Shown: piece after piece, positions 33,956 to 43,784 of the stretch
Layout of the letters: every line of letters begins with the position of its first letter
Numbering within the stretch: the first letter of the stretch is position 1
From: Candidatus Staskawiczbacteria bacterium
GTDB taxonomy: Bacteria; Patescibacteriota; Minisyncoccia; Minisyncoccales; Staskawiczbacteraceae
Assembly: GCA_026395175.1 (NCBI GenBank)
Contig: JAPLZF010000015.1
Location: 21,066-85,065 of the forward strand
DNA: 64,000 bases
Reading direction: 5' to 3'
The notes under the pieces: generated by a model
Told to the model about the DNA's origin: nothing
Seen by the model: only the letters and a program-made list of their open reading frames with translations
Database searches by the model: none
Program-made: the position numbers and the translations under genes

Positions 33956-36900
33956 TTAGCGTTTAATTGTAGTTATACTTTGGTAATGGTCTGATGTATA
34001 ATACATATCGCCGTTTTTAGTGCCCACTAACATTCTTTCTGCTGTATTGGATGGTGCTCCAGAATTATTTACCGGATATTCTAAATATTGATTCCCGTTA
34101 TTGTAATTTAATTGTGAATGACCTTCGGCATTTCGATAAAATTCAGTTAATCCTGTGTTTTTATTAATTTTAGGTCCTATCTTTCCAGATTCTATCGCGT
34201 CAACAGTCGGCTGAAGATTAACCTTGCCTTGATATATACTCTTTCCAAACTGTTTTACGCTAGTGTCTATTTCTAAACTATTCTCTGCCGACAATGTCTT
34301 ACCTAACCCGCCTAATAATTTAGCTGTTGTTCCAGCTCCAATCCATCCACCCAACATTTCTCCAGAATTGTAATCAAACTGGTCTTTACTAATCTTCCCA
34401 GAAACACAATCTTGATAGTTTTTATATGATCCATAAACTGTCGCCGCACCTGCCATAGAAACCACGCCCACTCCAATACCTGTAGCAATTGCAGCAGGAA
34501 TCTCTATTGGTAAGGCTGTGATAGCACCAGCAACTAATACAGTTACAGCACCTGCATACACAACACCCCTTGCAGATCCTTGCACAAAAGTTTTCCAGCT
34601 TTGTCCTGTCGGATCGCTTAATGTTATCGGGTTGTTGCGTGAATAGCTGTAATAATTGAGTTGTTGCGGGTCGGCGAGAAACTTTTCGGGGTTGTCTCGT
34701 GATGCTGAATCTTCGGAGATAAATCTTGCCAGCGCGGAGTTGTAGTATCTTGCGTTGAGGTAATTTAATCCTGTGTCGGCGTCAAACTCCTGTCCGATGT
34801 ATTTTCTCTGTTCTGTGAAAGAACTTGTTTTGTTGTCTATGCGGATTGCGCCGAATGGGAAATAATCCATTGTTTCTGCCAGCGCACCAGCCGAGTCAGT
34901 CATCACGCTGGAAGAATTGAGCGAGTCGGTTGCGTTGTAGTAAATCTTGGCAACTGCTCCTGTTCCATTTATTGTAGCAATATTTTGGTTATTTGCAAAG
35001 ATGTGCTTTACAATAGATGTTGGGTTTTGGGTGGTTGGTGTTAGATATGAAGCGTTATAGTTTTGTGTTGGGTAATATGTCGAGCTCGCAAGCGAAGATC
35101 CTAAACCTGGCGAAGGATTAGTTGTAATTTTAATTCTCTGGCCGTTTGCGTCGTAGGCGTAAGTTGTGGTTGTGTTGGCAGAAATGTTTGTGGCAGAAAC
35201 AAGCCGGTTGTTGTAATCATAAGTGTACGAATTTATTCCGTCGCTTGTGATATTTCCATTTTGGTCGTACTGAAAATTATTAGTTCCCGGGTCGCCGATG
35301 GTAAAAGTTTTTGGCGAATTAGAAAGCAAAAAGTTTGCTCCGCCGGCGGAATCTATGCCGTAAATGTAAATCGTGTGCGGTTTGCCGTCTTGGTATTTTG
35401 CCGGAATTGAATAAATAAAGCGGTGGTTTCCGGTGTAAGCCGGAAAAACTTTTGTAACATCTGGGCTTGCGGTGTTGGCGGAAACTCGAGAAAGAAATGT
35501 TCCTGTTCCTATTGCGCCGTCTATGTAAATATCAACAGAAATTGATGTGTTTGGAACATCTGGGTCGGCTGTCCAGCCATAAGCTATCCAGCCGGCATAA
35601 GTGGTGCTCATAACGCCGTCAATGTATCCAACAGGAACGCGGTTTGAAGCCAAAATTATTTTGGCAATCGGCTCGGCAGATTTGCCGACCACAACTGTTT
35701 GCGAATTAGTTTTGGTTGCAGAAGTTTTTGTGACAGCGTCTGGATTTGCGTAAGAAGAACCTGCGTTATTTAAATTTCCTTTGTAATCGTAAGTTGTTGT
35801 TGTGTCGTTTAATTTTTGAGACAGCATATTTCCCAAAGCGTCGTAAGTAAAACTCTGAGTGTATGCTTGCTGGCCCGAGGCAACATTTGTTGCAGTTGAC
35901 GAAAGCAAGCGATACAAATCGTCATAAGTGTAAGCAACTGTCTTTTTAGAATCAGTGGCTGAATTGTCAACAAACTGAATAATATTGCCTACGTTGTCAT
36001 AGATATAAGCAAGATTTTGCAGTTGCGTTCCTGTGGCGGTGTTTGTAATTTTGTTTGCCAGCCGGTAAAGCTTTGCAGAATCGTAAGTGTTGGTGGAAAT
36101 TGCGCCATTGGCAAAACTTTCTGTAGTAATTTGCTCAAGCGGCGAATAATCAAAGTTTGAGATTACATTAGCAAACGCTGTGTCAGTTGATTCTTTTTTT
36201 TGTATCTGGTCAAGAAGACCGGCTGGATTGTAAATGTTTTTAATTTGCGAATTGTCAGGATTTATAATTAAAATTTGGTTTCCTTGGCGGTCAAAATTGT
36301 ACTGGGTTATGAAAGTTTTTGTGTCAATTATTTTTGTGTCTTTGGTTATGTTTCCCAAAGATGAATATTCATATTGCTCGGTTTGCTGAGCAGAAACGCT
36401 TTTGCACAAAAGTCCTTTTCCGTTTGGACAAGCGTCGTAAATAAAAGTTGCCTCCACGCCGGCTTTGCCGGCATAATCTTCGCTGGTTTTTCTGTTTAGA
36501 GCGTCAAAATTATAATTAATTGTCTGATTTTTCGCGTCAGTCAAACTGATTAAATTTCCAACATTGTCATAAGTGTAATTCCAAACACCAAAAACAGAAT
36601 CCGTAGGATTGTGCAAATCTTCTGCGATTAATTTTCTGTCCAAACCGTCGTAAGAAAAATTTCTGACATTTCCCAAAGCATCTGTGATGTTGATTAAGTC
36701 AGAAAGGCCGTTATACGAATAATAAGTGGAATAAATATTTGAAGCATTGTGTTCGCCAACTTGAATTAAATTCCCATAAGCGTCTTCATAAAAGTCTTTT
36801 GTTTTTCCGTTGGCATCGGTAACGGAAGTTTTCCAATTGTTGTAAGCTGTGATTGTCGCGCCAACAGAATTTATTGATGACACGGCGCGGTTTAATGCAT

Positions 36901-39900
36901 CATATGCGTAGCTTGTGTAAAGCGTAAAATCTTGGGTTGGCAAAGTCCTGCCAAAGCTGTTTGAAAAATATGGCAAAGATTCTTTCTGCAATTGTCCAAG
37001 ATTATTGTAAATATAATCTTTTGTCTCAAAATTATTATTCTCCGCAGATTTTTTTGTTTGGATAATTCTGCCTAATCCATCGTAATAATTATAACTATTA
37101 ACAGCCGTAGAAGAATCTAAATAATCAGTTTGCTGAACGCTCAAAGCACCAGAAGTGTCGGTGTAAATATAAAATGTTTTTTGAACCAATGTTGCCGGAT
37201 TTGCTTGGTCGGGCTGTTCTGTTTTTAAAATTCTTCCGAAGCCGTCGTAAGTGTTTTTAAAAACATTTCCGTTGGCATCTGTGGTTTGCGCAATTTTTCC
37301 GTTGGCGTAATTGTAAATATATTGCGTTGTCTGGCTTAAAGCATTGGTAATTATTGCCGGATAAAGATTATAGCTGTCGTAAGAAAAATTAGTTGCGTTT
37401 CCATTGGCATCTTTGCTTTGAGAAACAAGCCCATAATTATTGTAAACTTTTTGCGAGCTGGCGTAATTTGAATTATTTATCCAATCCTCTTCTTTTGTCT
37501 GGTTTCCCAAACTGACGCTGCCCAATGGCAGATTGTCGTAATAATATCGGCTTTCTTTGATTTTATTATTATTTTGTCCGCTGACAATTATGCCAGACGG
37601 ATAACCAACAACATTGCCACCGGCAGCGTAACTGATGTTAGTGATATATTTGTCATTGCCAACATCTGTGAAGCTTCCGTCATTATTTGCCAAAACTTGT
37701 CCCCATTCTATTTTTTGAGTTTGGTTGCCGTTGCTATTGTCATAGCTATAACTTTCTGTTTTGTCTTTGTGATTTATTGTTCCGTCATAATCTTCTTTTG
37801 TTGCTTGAATTAATTTTGCAAATCCGGCGCTGCCTGCCAAGTTATAACTATCCCATTTGTTTATATTCACCTGATAAAGTTTGCCGGAATTGTCATATTG
37901 CTCTGTCCTGTAAGCTTTTCCTATTTTAAAATAATTGTCCTGATATTGCCCGCGGGATGAATCGTTTCCTGAGCCGGTATTGTAAAAAGTTTTTGTCACA
38001 TTTTGCGCGCTATCAATTTGGTCTATTTCCGCAAAACCGGCAAGATTCCTGTCGAAAGGCCCTTTGTAATAATATGTCCCGCCAAAATACTGGTAATTTT
38101 CCGAAGAAACAATATTATTTACAGGATCTGTGGCATTAATTTTAGAAACAGTTTGAACCGACAAAGGCAATTTTGGATTGGGCAAATTGCCCAAACTATT
38201 GTTGTAAAGAGTTGACGGGGCATAAGAAATATTTATTGTTTCTCCGGTGTTTAACGTAATTGAATTCAACAAGTCATTGCCGGCTGGACTGAGAACCAAG
38301 TTGCTTGTTTGCTGAAAATATATTTCATTAGGGTTGTCGCCGGAAAAATTTCCGAGCGCAAATAATTTGCCGGCGTATGCGCTGCCTCCAACAGAAAAAT
38401 TATAAGGCAAGCTGACATCAAAAGGCTCAGCCCAGCCTTTGCCTGTGTTTAGAAATACTCTTTGAGCTGTAACCGTTTGGCCTGGCAGCGGCTGATATGG
38501 AATGCTGTCAACAACTTGCGTGTTGCTTGTGGCTTGAACCAAATCCACCAAGCCGTCGCCGTTGTAATCAATTACCCTTACTCCGAGTTCATGATTGCCA
38601 CCATAACCGGCGCCTTGGATATAATCACGAAATGAAAATAATGTTGGCGGAGCATAGTTGTCGCTTAAATAAAAATTTCCCAAACCGTCGCCCAGCCAAG
38701 TTTTTTGGACAGTTTCGTCATATGGATAATTATTTACTTCCTGATACTGATATTGCCCAATTTCATGATAACTGGCAATTATATCCAAAATTCCATCGCC
38801 ATTTACATCTGTGGAAATTATTCCGGCTACCGAATTGCCGTCTGCGTTTGGAAAATAAATTTTGTTGGATCCGGTTGAATTATAAGTGTATTCCGGCGGA
38901 CTATAACTTTTTTTCACAAAACTACTGCCGGTGTTTGAATAGTAAGCAGAATCTACGCTGGTGCCGGCAAAAAAATCCGGCAAGCCGTCGCCATTTATAT
39001 CAAAAAAATTAGCGTTGGGAAAAGATCCGTTAGTGCAAATTGAACCAATGCCGGGAATTTTAAACTGCCACGAAAAATCTTGGTTCCAGCCCGAACCTGT
39101 ATTTATAAATATTGCCGGTCCTTGGCAAGGAATAATTAAATCCGGCAAGCCGTCGCCGTTTATATCTGTAAAAAAATGAGTTGTTTGTAGAAAAGATGGA
39201 GAAGCAGAAACAAATATTGCCGGCGGCTGGTAAGATGGAGATTCTGTCCATCCGTTTTTTCCATTATTCAAGTAAGCTTTCTGCAGGACAAAACCGGACG
39301 ATGAATAAGAAATTAAAACATCGGTTAATCCGTCGCCGTTTAAATCCGCAAATTCGGCGTAGTCGGAAAATTGCTTAATGTCTGAAGGCAAGTCATAAGT
39401 TGTTTTGCCCGCGTATAAATCATTGGCATAATTAAAACTTGTTTTTGGCTTTGCAATTATATTCCCGCCGGCGGTTTTTCCTGATTCTGTTATGCTTTGA
39501 AGAATTGAACGGCTGCCGTTGCTTCCTGTCTCATAAGCTAAATCATATTTATTAACCCAATTTCCGCTTGCAGAAGCTGTTATTTGGCTTATGCGATAAT
39601 TAGTTGTTGCCAAAAATCCAGCGCCGTAGCTTGCGGTGTTGTCGGCTCTTGCCTCGGTTGCAAAACTAACTTCAAAAATTCCGCCGGTGTTTCCGTTGCC
39701 GGTGTATCTTATTGCCAAAGGATAAATTTGACCCGCGTCTTTAAAATAAGAATAAGAAATATAATTATTGTTGGCGTCTCTCACTTCCTGCAGCATCCAT
39801 TTGTAAACATTGCCAGGATTTTGCGGGTCGTTTTGCTGAGACGCGCTGTTATAACCAAACTTGTATTGCGTGCCGTCTTTGGCAACCACCAGCCATTGAT

Positions 39901-40510
39901 TGTTTGAAAAAGTATATTTGTTAAAACTGCCGTTTTCTGTTCTGGCAACAAAAGATGAACTATCAACAGTTGAAAGTTCACCGTCAAGCGAAGAATAAAA
40001 ATAATTTGAACTATACAGCGAATCTGTTCCGGTTTTATTCAACCGCTGAATATAAGGAATGTTCAGCTCCCAACCGTAGCCAAAAATGCCGGCTTGCTCA
40101 TTTTGACTGCTGTTATACGACAATGCAATATCGGGCTGTAAATTATTCCTGCCCGGAGGAATGGAAATTGGATAACTATAATTCAAAGCTCCTGTGTTTT
40201 TGTCTATTTCCGGCAGTTTTTGAGTCATCGAAGAAACAGAAGCTGGCGGTTGCGCTGGATTGCTCTGGTCTAAAGCTTTGCTCTCTGCAGTTTGGTCGGA
40301 CGGCGTAACTGCTTGGATGTTACTTTGCAAAGCATCGGCTGGCACCCCATCAGCCATCGGCGTGGTTGTGTCTAATGCCGGCACCGGCAAGACTGGCGTA
40401 TCTGAAGTGTCAGAAACAAAAACATCGTCTGATGTTTCGGCAAACGCAGGGGCAATTGGCGTTATTAAAAATGCAAAGATTAAAAAAGTTGCTGTAATCT
40501 TATAAGCCAT
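33956..40510 (-). CDS. Large secreted RHS toxin: signal peptide, SpvB/TcB-like N-terminus, FG-GAP/VCBS repeats, YD repeats, RHS core, barnase/RNase N1-like tip
   Basis: PISIPPGRNNLQPDIALSYNS...FGYGW, repeated DINGDGLPD, YDGFGR-type repeats, NNPITLSDPTG, tip YLEYPV...ERMLVG...YYTSDHY; start MAYKIT. Confidence 0.93.
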   Translation of the reverse strand: MAYKITATFLIFAFLITPIAPAFAETSDDVFVSDTSDTPVLPVPALDTTTPMADGVPADALQSNIQAVTPSDQTAESKALDQSNPAQPPASVSSMTQKLPEIDKNTGALNYSYPISIPPGRNNLQPDIALSYNSSQNEQAGIFGYGWELNIPYIQRLNKTGTDSLYSSNYFYSSLDGELSTVDSSSFVARTENGSFNKYTFSNNQWLVVAKDGTQYKFGYNSASQQNDPQNPGNVYKWMLQEVRDANNNYISYSYFKDAGQIYPLAIRYTGNGNTGGIFEVSFATEARADNTASYGAGFLATTNYRISQITASASGNWVNKYDLAYETGSNGSRSILQSITESGKTAGGNIIAKPKTSFNYANDLYAGKTTYDLPSDIKQFSDYAEFADLNGDGLTDVLISYSSSGFVLQKAYLNNGKNGWTESPSYQPPAIFVSASPSFLQTTHFFTDINGDGLPDLIIPCQGPAIFINTGSGWNQDFSWQFKIPGIGSICTNGSFPNANFFDINGDGLPDFFAGTSVDSAYYSNTGSSFVKKSYSPPEYTYNSTGSNKIYFPNADGNSVAGIISTDVNGDGILDIIASYHEIGQYQYQEVNNYPYDETVQKTWLGDGLGNFYLSDNYAPPTLFSFRDYIQGAGYGGNHELGVRVIDYNGDGLVDLVQATSNTQVVDSIPYQPLPGQTVTAQRVFLNTGKGWAEPFDVSLPYNFSVGGSAYAGKLFALGNFSGDNPNEIYFQQTSNLVLSPAGNDLLNSITLNTGETINISYAPSTLYNNSLGNLPNPKLPLSVQTVSKINATDPVNNIVSSENYQYFGGTYYYKGPFDRNLAGFAEIDQIDSAQNVTKTFYNTGSGNDSSRGQYQDNYFKIGKAYRTEQYDNSGKLYQVNINKWDSYNLAGSAGFAKLIQATKEDYDGTINHKDKTESYSYDNSNGNQTQKIEWGQVLANNDGSFTDVGNDKYITNISYAAGGNVVGYPSGIIVSGQNNNKIKESRYYYDNLPLGSVSLGNQTKEEDWINNSNYASSQKVYNNYGLVSQSKDANGNATNFSYDSYNLYPAIITNALSQTTQYIYNYANGKIAQTTDANGNVFKNTYDGFGRILKTEQPDQANPATLVQKTFYIYTDTSGALSVQQTDYLDSSTAVNSYNYYDGLGRIIQTKKSAENNNFETKDYIYNNLGQLQKESLPYFSNSFGRTLPTQDFTLYTSYAYDALNRAVSSINSVGATITAYNNWKTSVTDANGKTKDFYEDAYGNLIQVGEHNASNIYSTYYSYNGLSDLINITDALGNVRNFSYDGLDRKLIAEDLHNPTDSVFGVWNYTYDNVGNLISLTDAKNQTINYNFDALNRKTSEDYAGKAGVEATFIYDACPNGKGLLCKSVSAQQTEQYEYSSLGNITKDTKIIDTKTFITQYNFDRQGNQILIINPDNSQIKNIYNPAGLLDQIQKKESTDTAFANVISNFDYSPLEQITTESFANGAISTNTYDSAKLYRLANKITNTATGTQLQNLAYIYDNVGNIIQFVDNSATDSKKTVAYTYDDLYRLLSSTATNVASGQQAYTQSFTYDALGNMLSQKLNDTTTTYDYKGNLNNAGSSYANPDAVTKTSATKTNSQTVVVGKSAEPIAKIILASNRVPVGYIDGVMSTTYAGWIAYGWTADPDVPNTSISVDIYIDGAIGTGTFLSRVSANTASPDVTKVFPAYTGNHRFIYSIPAKYQDGKPHTIYIYGIDSAGGANFLLSNSPKTFTIGDPGTNNFQYDQNGNITSDGINSYTYDYNNRLVSATNISANTTTTYAYDANGQRIKITTNPSPGLGSSLASSTYYPTQNYNASYLTPTTQNPTSIVKHIFANNQNIATINGTGAVAKIYYNATDSLNSSSVMTDSAGALAETMDYFPFGAIRIDNKTSSFTEQRKYIGQEFDADTGLNYLNARYYNSALARFISEDSASRDNPEKFLADPQQLNYYSYSRNNPITLSDPTGQSWKTFVQGSARGVVYAGAVTVLVAGAITALPIEIPAAIATGIGVGVVSMAGAATVYGSYKNYQDCVSGKISKDQFDYNSGEMLGGWIGAGTTAKLLGGLGKTLSAENSLEIDTSVKQFGKSIYQGKVNLQPTVDAIESGKIGPKINKNTGLTEFYRNAEGHSQLNYNNGNQYLEYPVNNSGAPSNTAERMLVGTKNGDMYYTSDHYQSITTIKR

Positions 40511-40564
40511 ATGTTTGATAATGGCACAATCGTCTTGCAATGTCAAATATTTTAAAAAACCTCT

Positions 40565-40589
40565 CAACTCGGGTTAATTGGTTAGAAAT
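40565..40589. repeat. 25-bp direct repeat, copy 2
   Basis: Identical to 31186-31210. Confidence 0.9.
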
Positions 40590-40612
40590 TACGCATGACT
40601 ATATTTACGCTT

Positions 40613-41155
40613 CTATTTTATATTACAACTTTCAACTTGGGCTGTTTTTATGTCCTCGTTTGTTTGAGTAATTTTAATGCTATCAAGCATTCTTTTAATA
40701 AGAGTTTCTTGGGCTGAGGAAAAATAAAGAAAATTATAGTATGCAAACCTGACTATACGATTACCCATAGGAATATCATAAAAATCAACTGACTTATAAT
40801 CTCCAGAACCATTAAGATGATTAATGCTGGCGTTATAACCGTTAAAAGTAGTATCTGACCAATCAGGTTCTAAGGGATCCAAATAAGAAAAACCTACGCT
40901 AAAAAAATTATTTTTATCACTCATTTTTATCTTCATCGACAGTTCATTTTTGGTAGAAGTGTTTATAAATGAATTAGGATAATACACCTGGAACATCGCA
41001 TTTCCGCTTTTTACTTGTAGACAATTAGATAATTTTTCTTGTTGCTGGATAACAGGATTTTTTTTATGTTGAGGAAAAAAAATAAACAAACATCCTACAA
41101 ATAATAACATTGCCACTATTAAAAATAAAAATCTAAATATTTTTTGGTCAAGCAT
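40613..41155 (-). CDS. Membrane-anchored putative immunity/partner protein of the CHAP RHS tip
   Basis: N-terminal TM; starts 7 nt after the toxin stop. Confidence 0.6.
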   Translation of the reverse strand: MLDQKIFRFLFLIVAMLLFVGCLFIFFPQHKKNPVIQQQEKLSNCLQVKSGNAMFQVYYPNSFINTSTKNELSMKIKMSDKNNFFSVGFSYLDPLEPDWSDTTFNGYNASINHLNGSGDYKSVDFYDIPMGNRIVRFAYYNFLYFSSAQETLIKRMLDSIKITQTNEDIKTAQVESCNIK

Positions 41156-41162
41156 ATATTCT

Positions 41163-42509
41163 TTATTTACTAATTGATTTTTTTGGTTGCAGAGCGCCTA
41201 AGCCGGGCCAATTAAAAGTCGCCGGAATGGATTGCTGGCTCGAGTAGCGGGTCCAAGAATCAACGTGAATTGGGCTATTTTTTGAACGGTCAGAAACAGT
41301 GTAACCACCATCTTTGTTTTGAGTAAAATTTTGAGCGAACAATGCCTTATCAGGTCTTGCATTCTGTTCTAATGTATAAATTGTCCCGCCATTATTATAC
41401 GCATTAGCTACCACTTCTACAATTGTTCCCACATGACCATAGCTCTGGTCATCGCTTGTCCATGTCATAAGGTCATTTTCTTGAGGCAACACAGAACTGC
41501 CATTTTTATAAACCGCCATCGAACCGGAATTTTTATTATTCTCCATCACTCTATTGACTTCCTTTTGATTGCCATAATTAATTGCACCCTCTTTTCCTAT
41601 TCCAGAAATGTTTATATCATATTGAGCCTTATAAAATTTTTGAACAAAAGTAGTACATTGCTGAAAATTATTTTCATCAAGAGGTCCGTATTCTCCACGG
41701 CTATTTACGTTCACACCTCTATAACTGGCTATTGCTTCCCCATAACTATAACCATAAATCCCTCCTAATGGTAAATACGGCTGTATTTCTGAAACTTTCT
41801 TGCCACTTGGATCGCTCAAAGTTATTGGATTATTCTGAGCGTAGCTATAAAGATTCAGCTGTTGCGGGTCGGCAAGGAACTTTTCAGGGTTATCTCTTGA
41901 TACTGGGTCTTCTGACAAAAACTTTGCTATACTGCTATTGTAATACCTTGCATTGAGATAGTCCAACCCTGTGGATGAATCGAAGTCCTGACCGAGGAAT
42001 TTCTTTTGTTGCGGGTTTTGACCTGTTGCTGTGTTGTCTAATCTGATTTGCCCGAAAGGAAAATAGTCAATTGTTTCTGCGGGTTTGTTGTCTATCGATA
42101 GAACATTTGTAATACTGCCTTGGTGGTCTGTTAAGACCGGCTGGAGAACAGCTGTTTGACCGGTTCCGCTGATTGTGGCAACCAATGTTCCGTTGGCATT
42201 AACATACTTTGTGATTTTTTCTGGAGATTTGTTGCCTTTGGAGTCGGTTGTATATGAAACGCTGTAATCTTTTGAGGGGTAATAGGTGGTTTCCGAACTG
42301 CCATCTGAATTTTGGACAACCATTTTTATTCGCTGACCTTGCGGGTCGTATGAGTAAGTTGTGACTGCGCCGGTGGATGTGTTTGTGGCAGAGGTAAGGC
42401 GATTGTTATAGTCATAGGTGTAAGTGGTGGCGAGCGCGGGCGCTATTGGCTGCAATGCAAAAATGAGAGCAAACGCCGCCACAATCATTTTGCGCAAAAC
42501 TTTACCCAT
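41163..42509 (-). CDS. Short secreted RHS protein with CHAP-like amidase tip
   Basis: Signal peptide ending ALA; few YD repeats; RHS core NNPITLSDPSG; tip QCTTFV...YGHVGTI...LEQN. Confidence 0.85.
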   Translation of the reverse strand: MGKVLRKMIVAAFALIFALQPIAPALATTYTYDYNNRLTSATNTSTGAVTTYSYDPQGQRIKMVVQNSDGSSETTYYPSKDYSVSYTTDSKGNKSPEKITKYVNANGTLVATISGTGQTAVLQPVLTDHQGSITNVLSIDNKPAETIDYFPFGQIRLDNTATGQNPQQKKFLGQDFDSSTGLDYLNARYYNSSIAKFLSEDPVSRDNPEKFLADPQQLNLYSYAQNNPITLSDPSGKKVSEIQPYLPLGGIYGYSYGEAIASYRGVNVNSRGEYGPLDENNFQQCTTFVQKFYKAQYDINISGIGKEGAINYGNQKEVNRVMENNKNSGSMAVYKNGSSVLPQENDLMTWTSDDQSYGHVGTIVEVVANAYNNGGTIYTLEQNARPDKALFAQNFTQNKDGGYTVSDRSKNSPIHVDSWTRYSSQQSIPATFNWPGLGALQPKKSISK

Positions 42510-42556
42510 ATGTTTTTACCCTGTCAAACTCGATAACTAAAATTATTTTTTATACC

Positions 42557-43771
42557 TTAAAATTTAATTTTCTTCCTGATTTCTACAAGTGTATCAACTA
42601 AATAATCTATTTGTTCAAAAGTGTGGTCGCAGGTTAAAGTTGTTCTCAGCCTTGCTTGTTTTTGAGGAACAGCCGGCCATCGGGCTGCCGGAATAAATAT
42701 ATTTCTTTCCAGCAATAAGTTGCTCGCTTGCATTGCTTTTTTTTCGTCTCCGATAATAATTGGCATTATTTGAGTGTTGGAAGCGCCTGTATTAAAATTC
42801 AATTCTTTTAATTTGCCCCTCAAATATTCGGCGTTCTCAAGCAATTTTTTCCTGCGCCAAGGCTCTTTTTCCGCAATTTCAATGGCTTTTATTAACCCGT
42901 AAACAACCGGCGGAGCAATGGGAGCTGTAAAAATAAAAGAATCTGAAGCAATTTTTAAATAATCAATTAATATTTTTCTTCCCACAATAAATCCGCCGAC
43001 TCCGCCAAATGATTTTGTAAAAGTTCCCATGACAACGTCAACTTTGTTTTCAAGTCCAAAATAATCTTCCAATCCCCTGCCATTTTTTCCCAGAATTCCG
43101 GTTGCATGCGCGTCATCTAAATATACCAGCGCATTGTATTTTTTTGCCAAGTCCAAAATATCAGGCAAAGGCGCAGTATCACCGTCCATGCTGAAAACTC
43201 CGTCGGTAACTATCATTTTTCTGGCTTTAACCGGATATTTGCTTAATTTATTTTTCAAGTCGCCAACATCAGTATGTTTATAAATTTCTTTTTGAGCTCC
43301 GGAAAGCCTAATCCCGGCTATAATGCTTGCATGGTTATATTCATCGCTGAATATAATAGTATCTTTTTCCCTTTCAATTTTTCCGCCCAAAAGACTTTTT
43401 ATCGAAGGCTTAAAAACATTTGCTATTGCCGGTATGGCGCCGGAATTAGCCATATACCCGGACACAAAAGATATTCCAGCCTCGCGATGTTTGAATTCGG
43501 CTATCTTTTTTTCCAATTGCTGATGTATTTCAATATTGCCGGTAAGCAATCTGGCGCTTCCATTTCCAATTCCCCATTTTTTTACGCCTTCAACAGCGGC
43601 CGCCACCACTCTTTCGTCATGCATTAGGCCAAGATAATTGTTTGTGGCAAACAATAAAACTTTTTTACCATTTACAATGGTTTCTGGAGCATGTGGAGAC
43701 GACACCACCGGCGACTCCGGATAAAGGCCGAACTTTTTTATATAATTTAACGCTTTTTCTATTCTTTTCAT
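42557..43771 (-). CDS. Alpha-oxoamine synthase (class II PLP), serine palmitoyltransferase-like
   Basis: NNYLGL, SDEYNHASI, DGVFSMDGD, DDAHATG, PLP-Lys motif MGTFTKSFGGVGG. Confidence 0.88.
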   Translation of the reverse strand: MKRIEKALNYIKKFGLYPESPVVSSPHAPETIVNGKKVLLFATNNYLGLMHDERVVAAAVEGVKKWGIGNGSARLLTGNIEIHQQLEKKIAEFKHREAGISFVSGYMANSGAIPAIANVFKPSIKSLLGGKIEREKDTIIFSDEYNHASIIAGIRLSGAQKEIYKHTDVGDLKNKLSKYPVKARKMIVTDGVFSMDGDTAPLPDILDLAKKYNALVYLDDAHATGILGKNGRGLEDYFGLENKVDVVMGTFTKSFGGVGGFIVGRKILIDYLKIASDSFIFTAPIAPPVVYGLIKAIEIAEKEPWRRKKLLENAEYLRGKLKELNFNTGASNTQIMPIIIGDEKKAMQASNLLLERNIFIPAARWPAVPQKQARLRTTLTCDHTFEQIDYLVDTLVEIRKKIKF

Positions 43772-43784
43772 TTTATTTTATTTT

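Noticed and set aside
33183..34795. Diversity-generating retroelement TR/VR pair
   Set aside because: The shared stretch is identical RHS-core sequence without adenine-specific mismatches, and no reverse transcriptase is in the window.
42557..43771. Calling this gene bioF or cqsA
   Set aside because: No other biotin genes are adjacent and the PLP-lysine motif GTFTKSFG fits SPT better; gene symbol left blank pending phylogeny.
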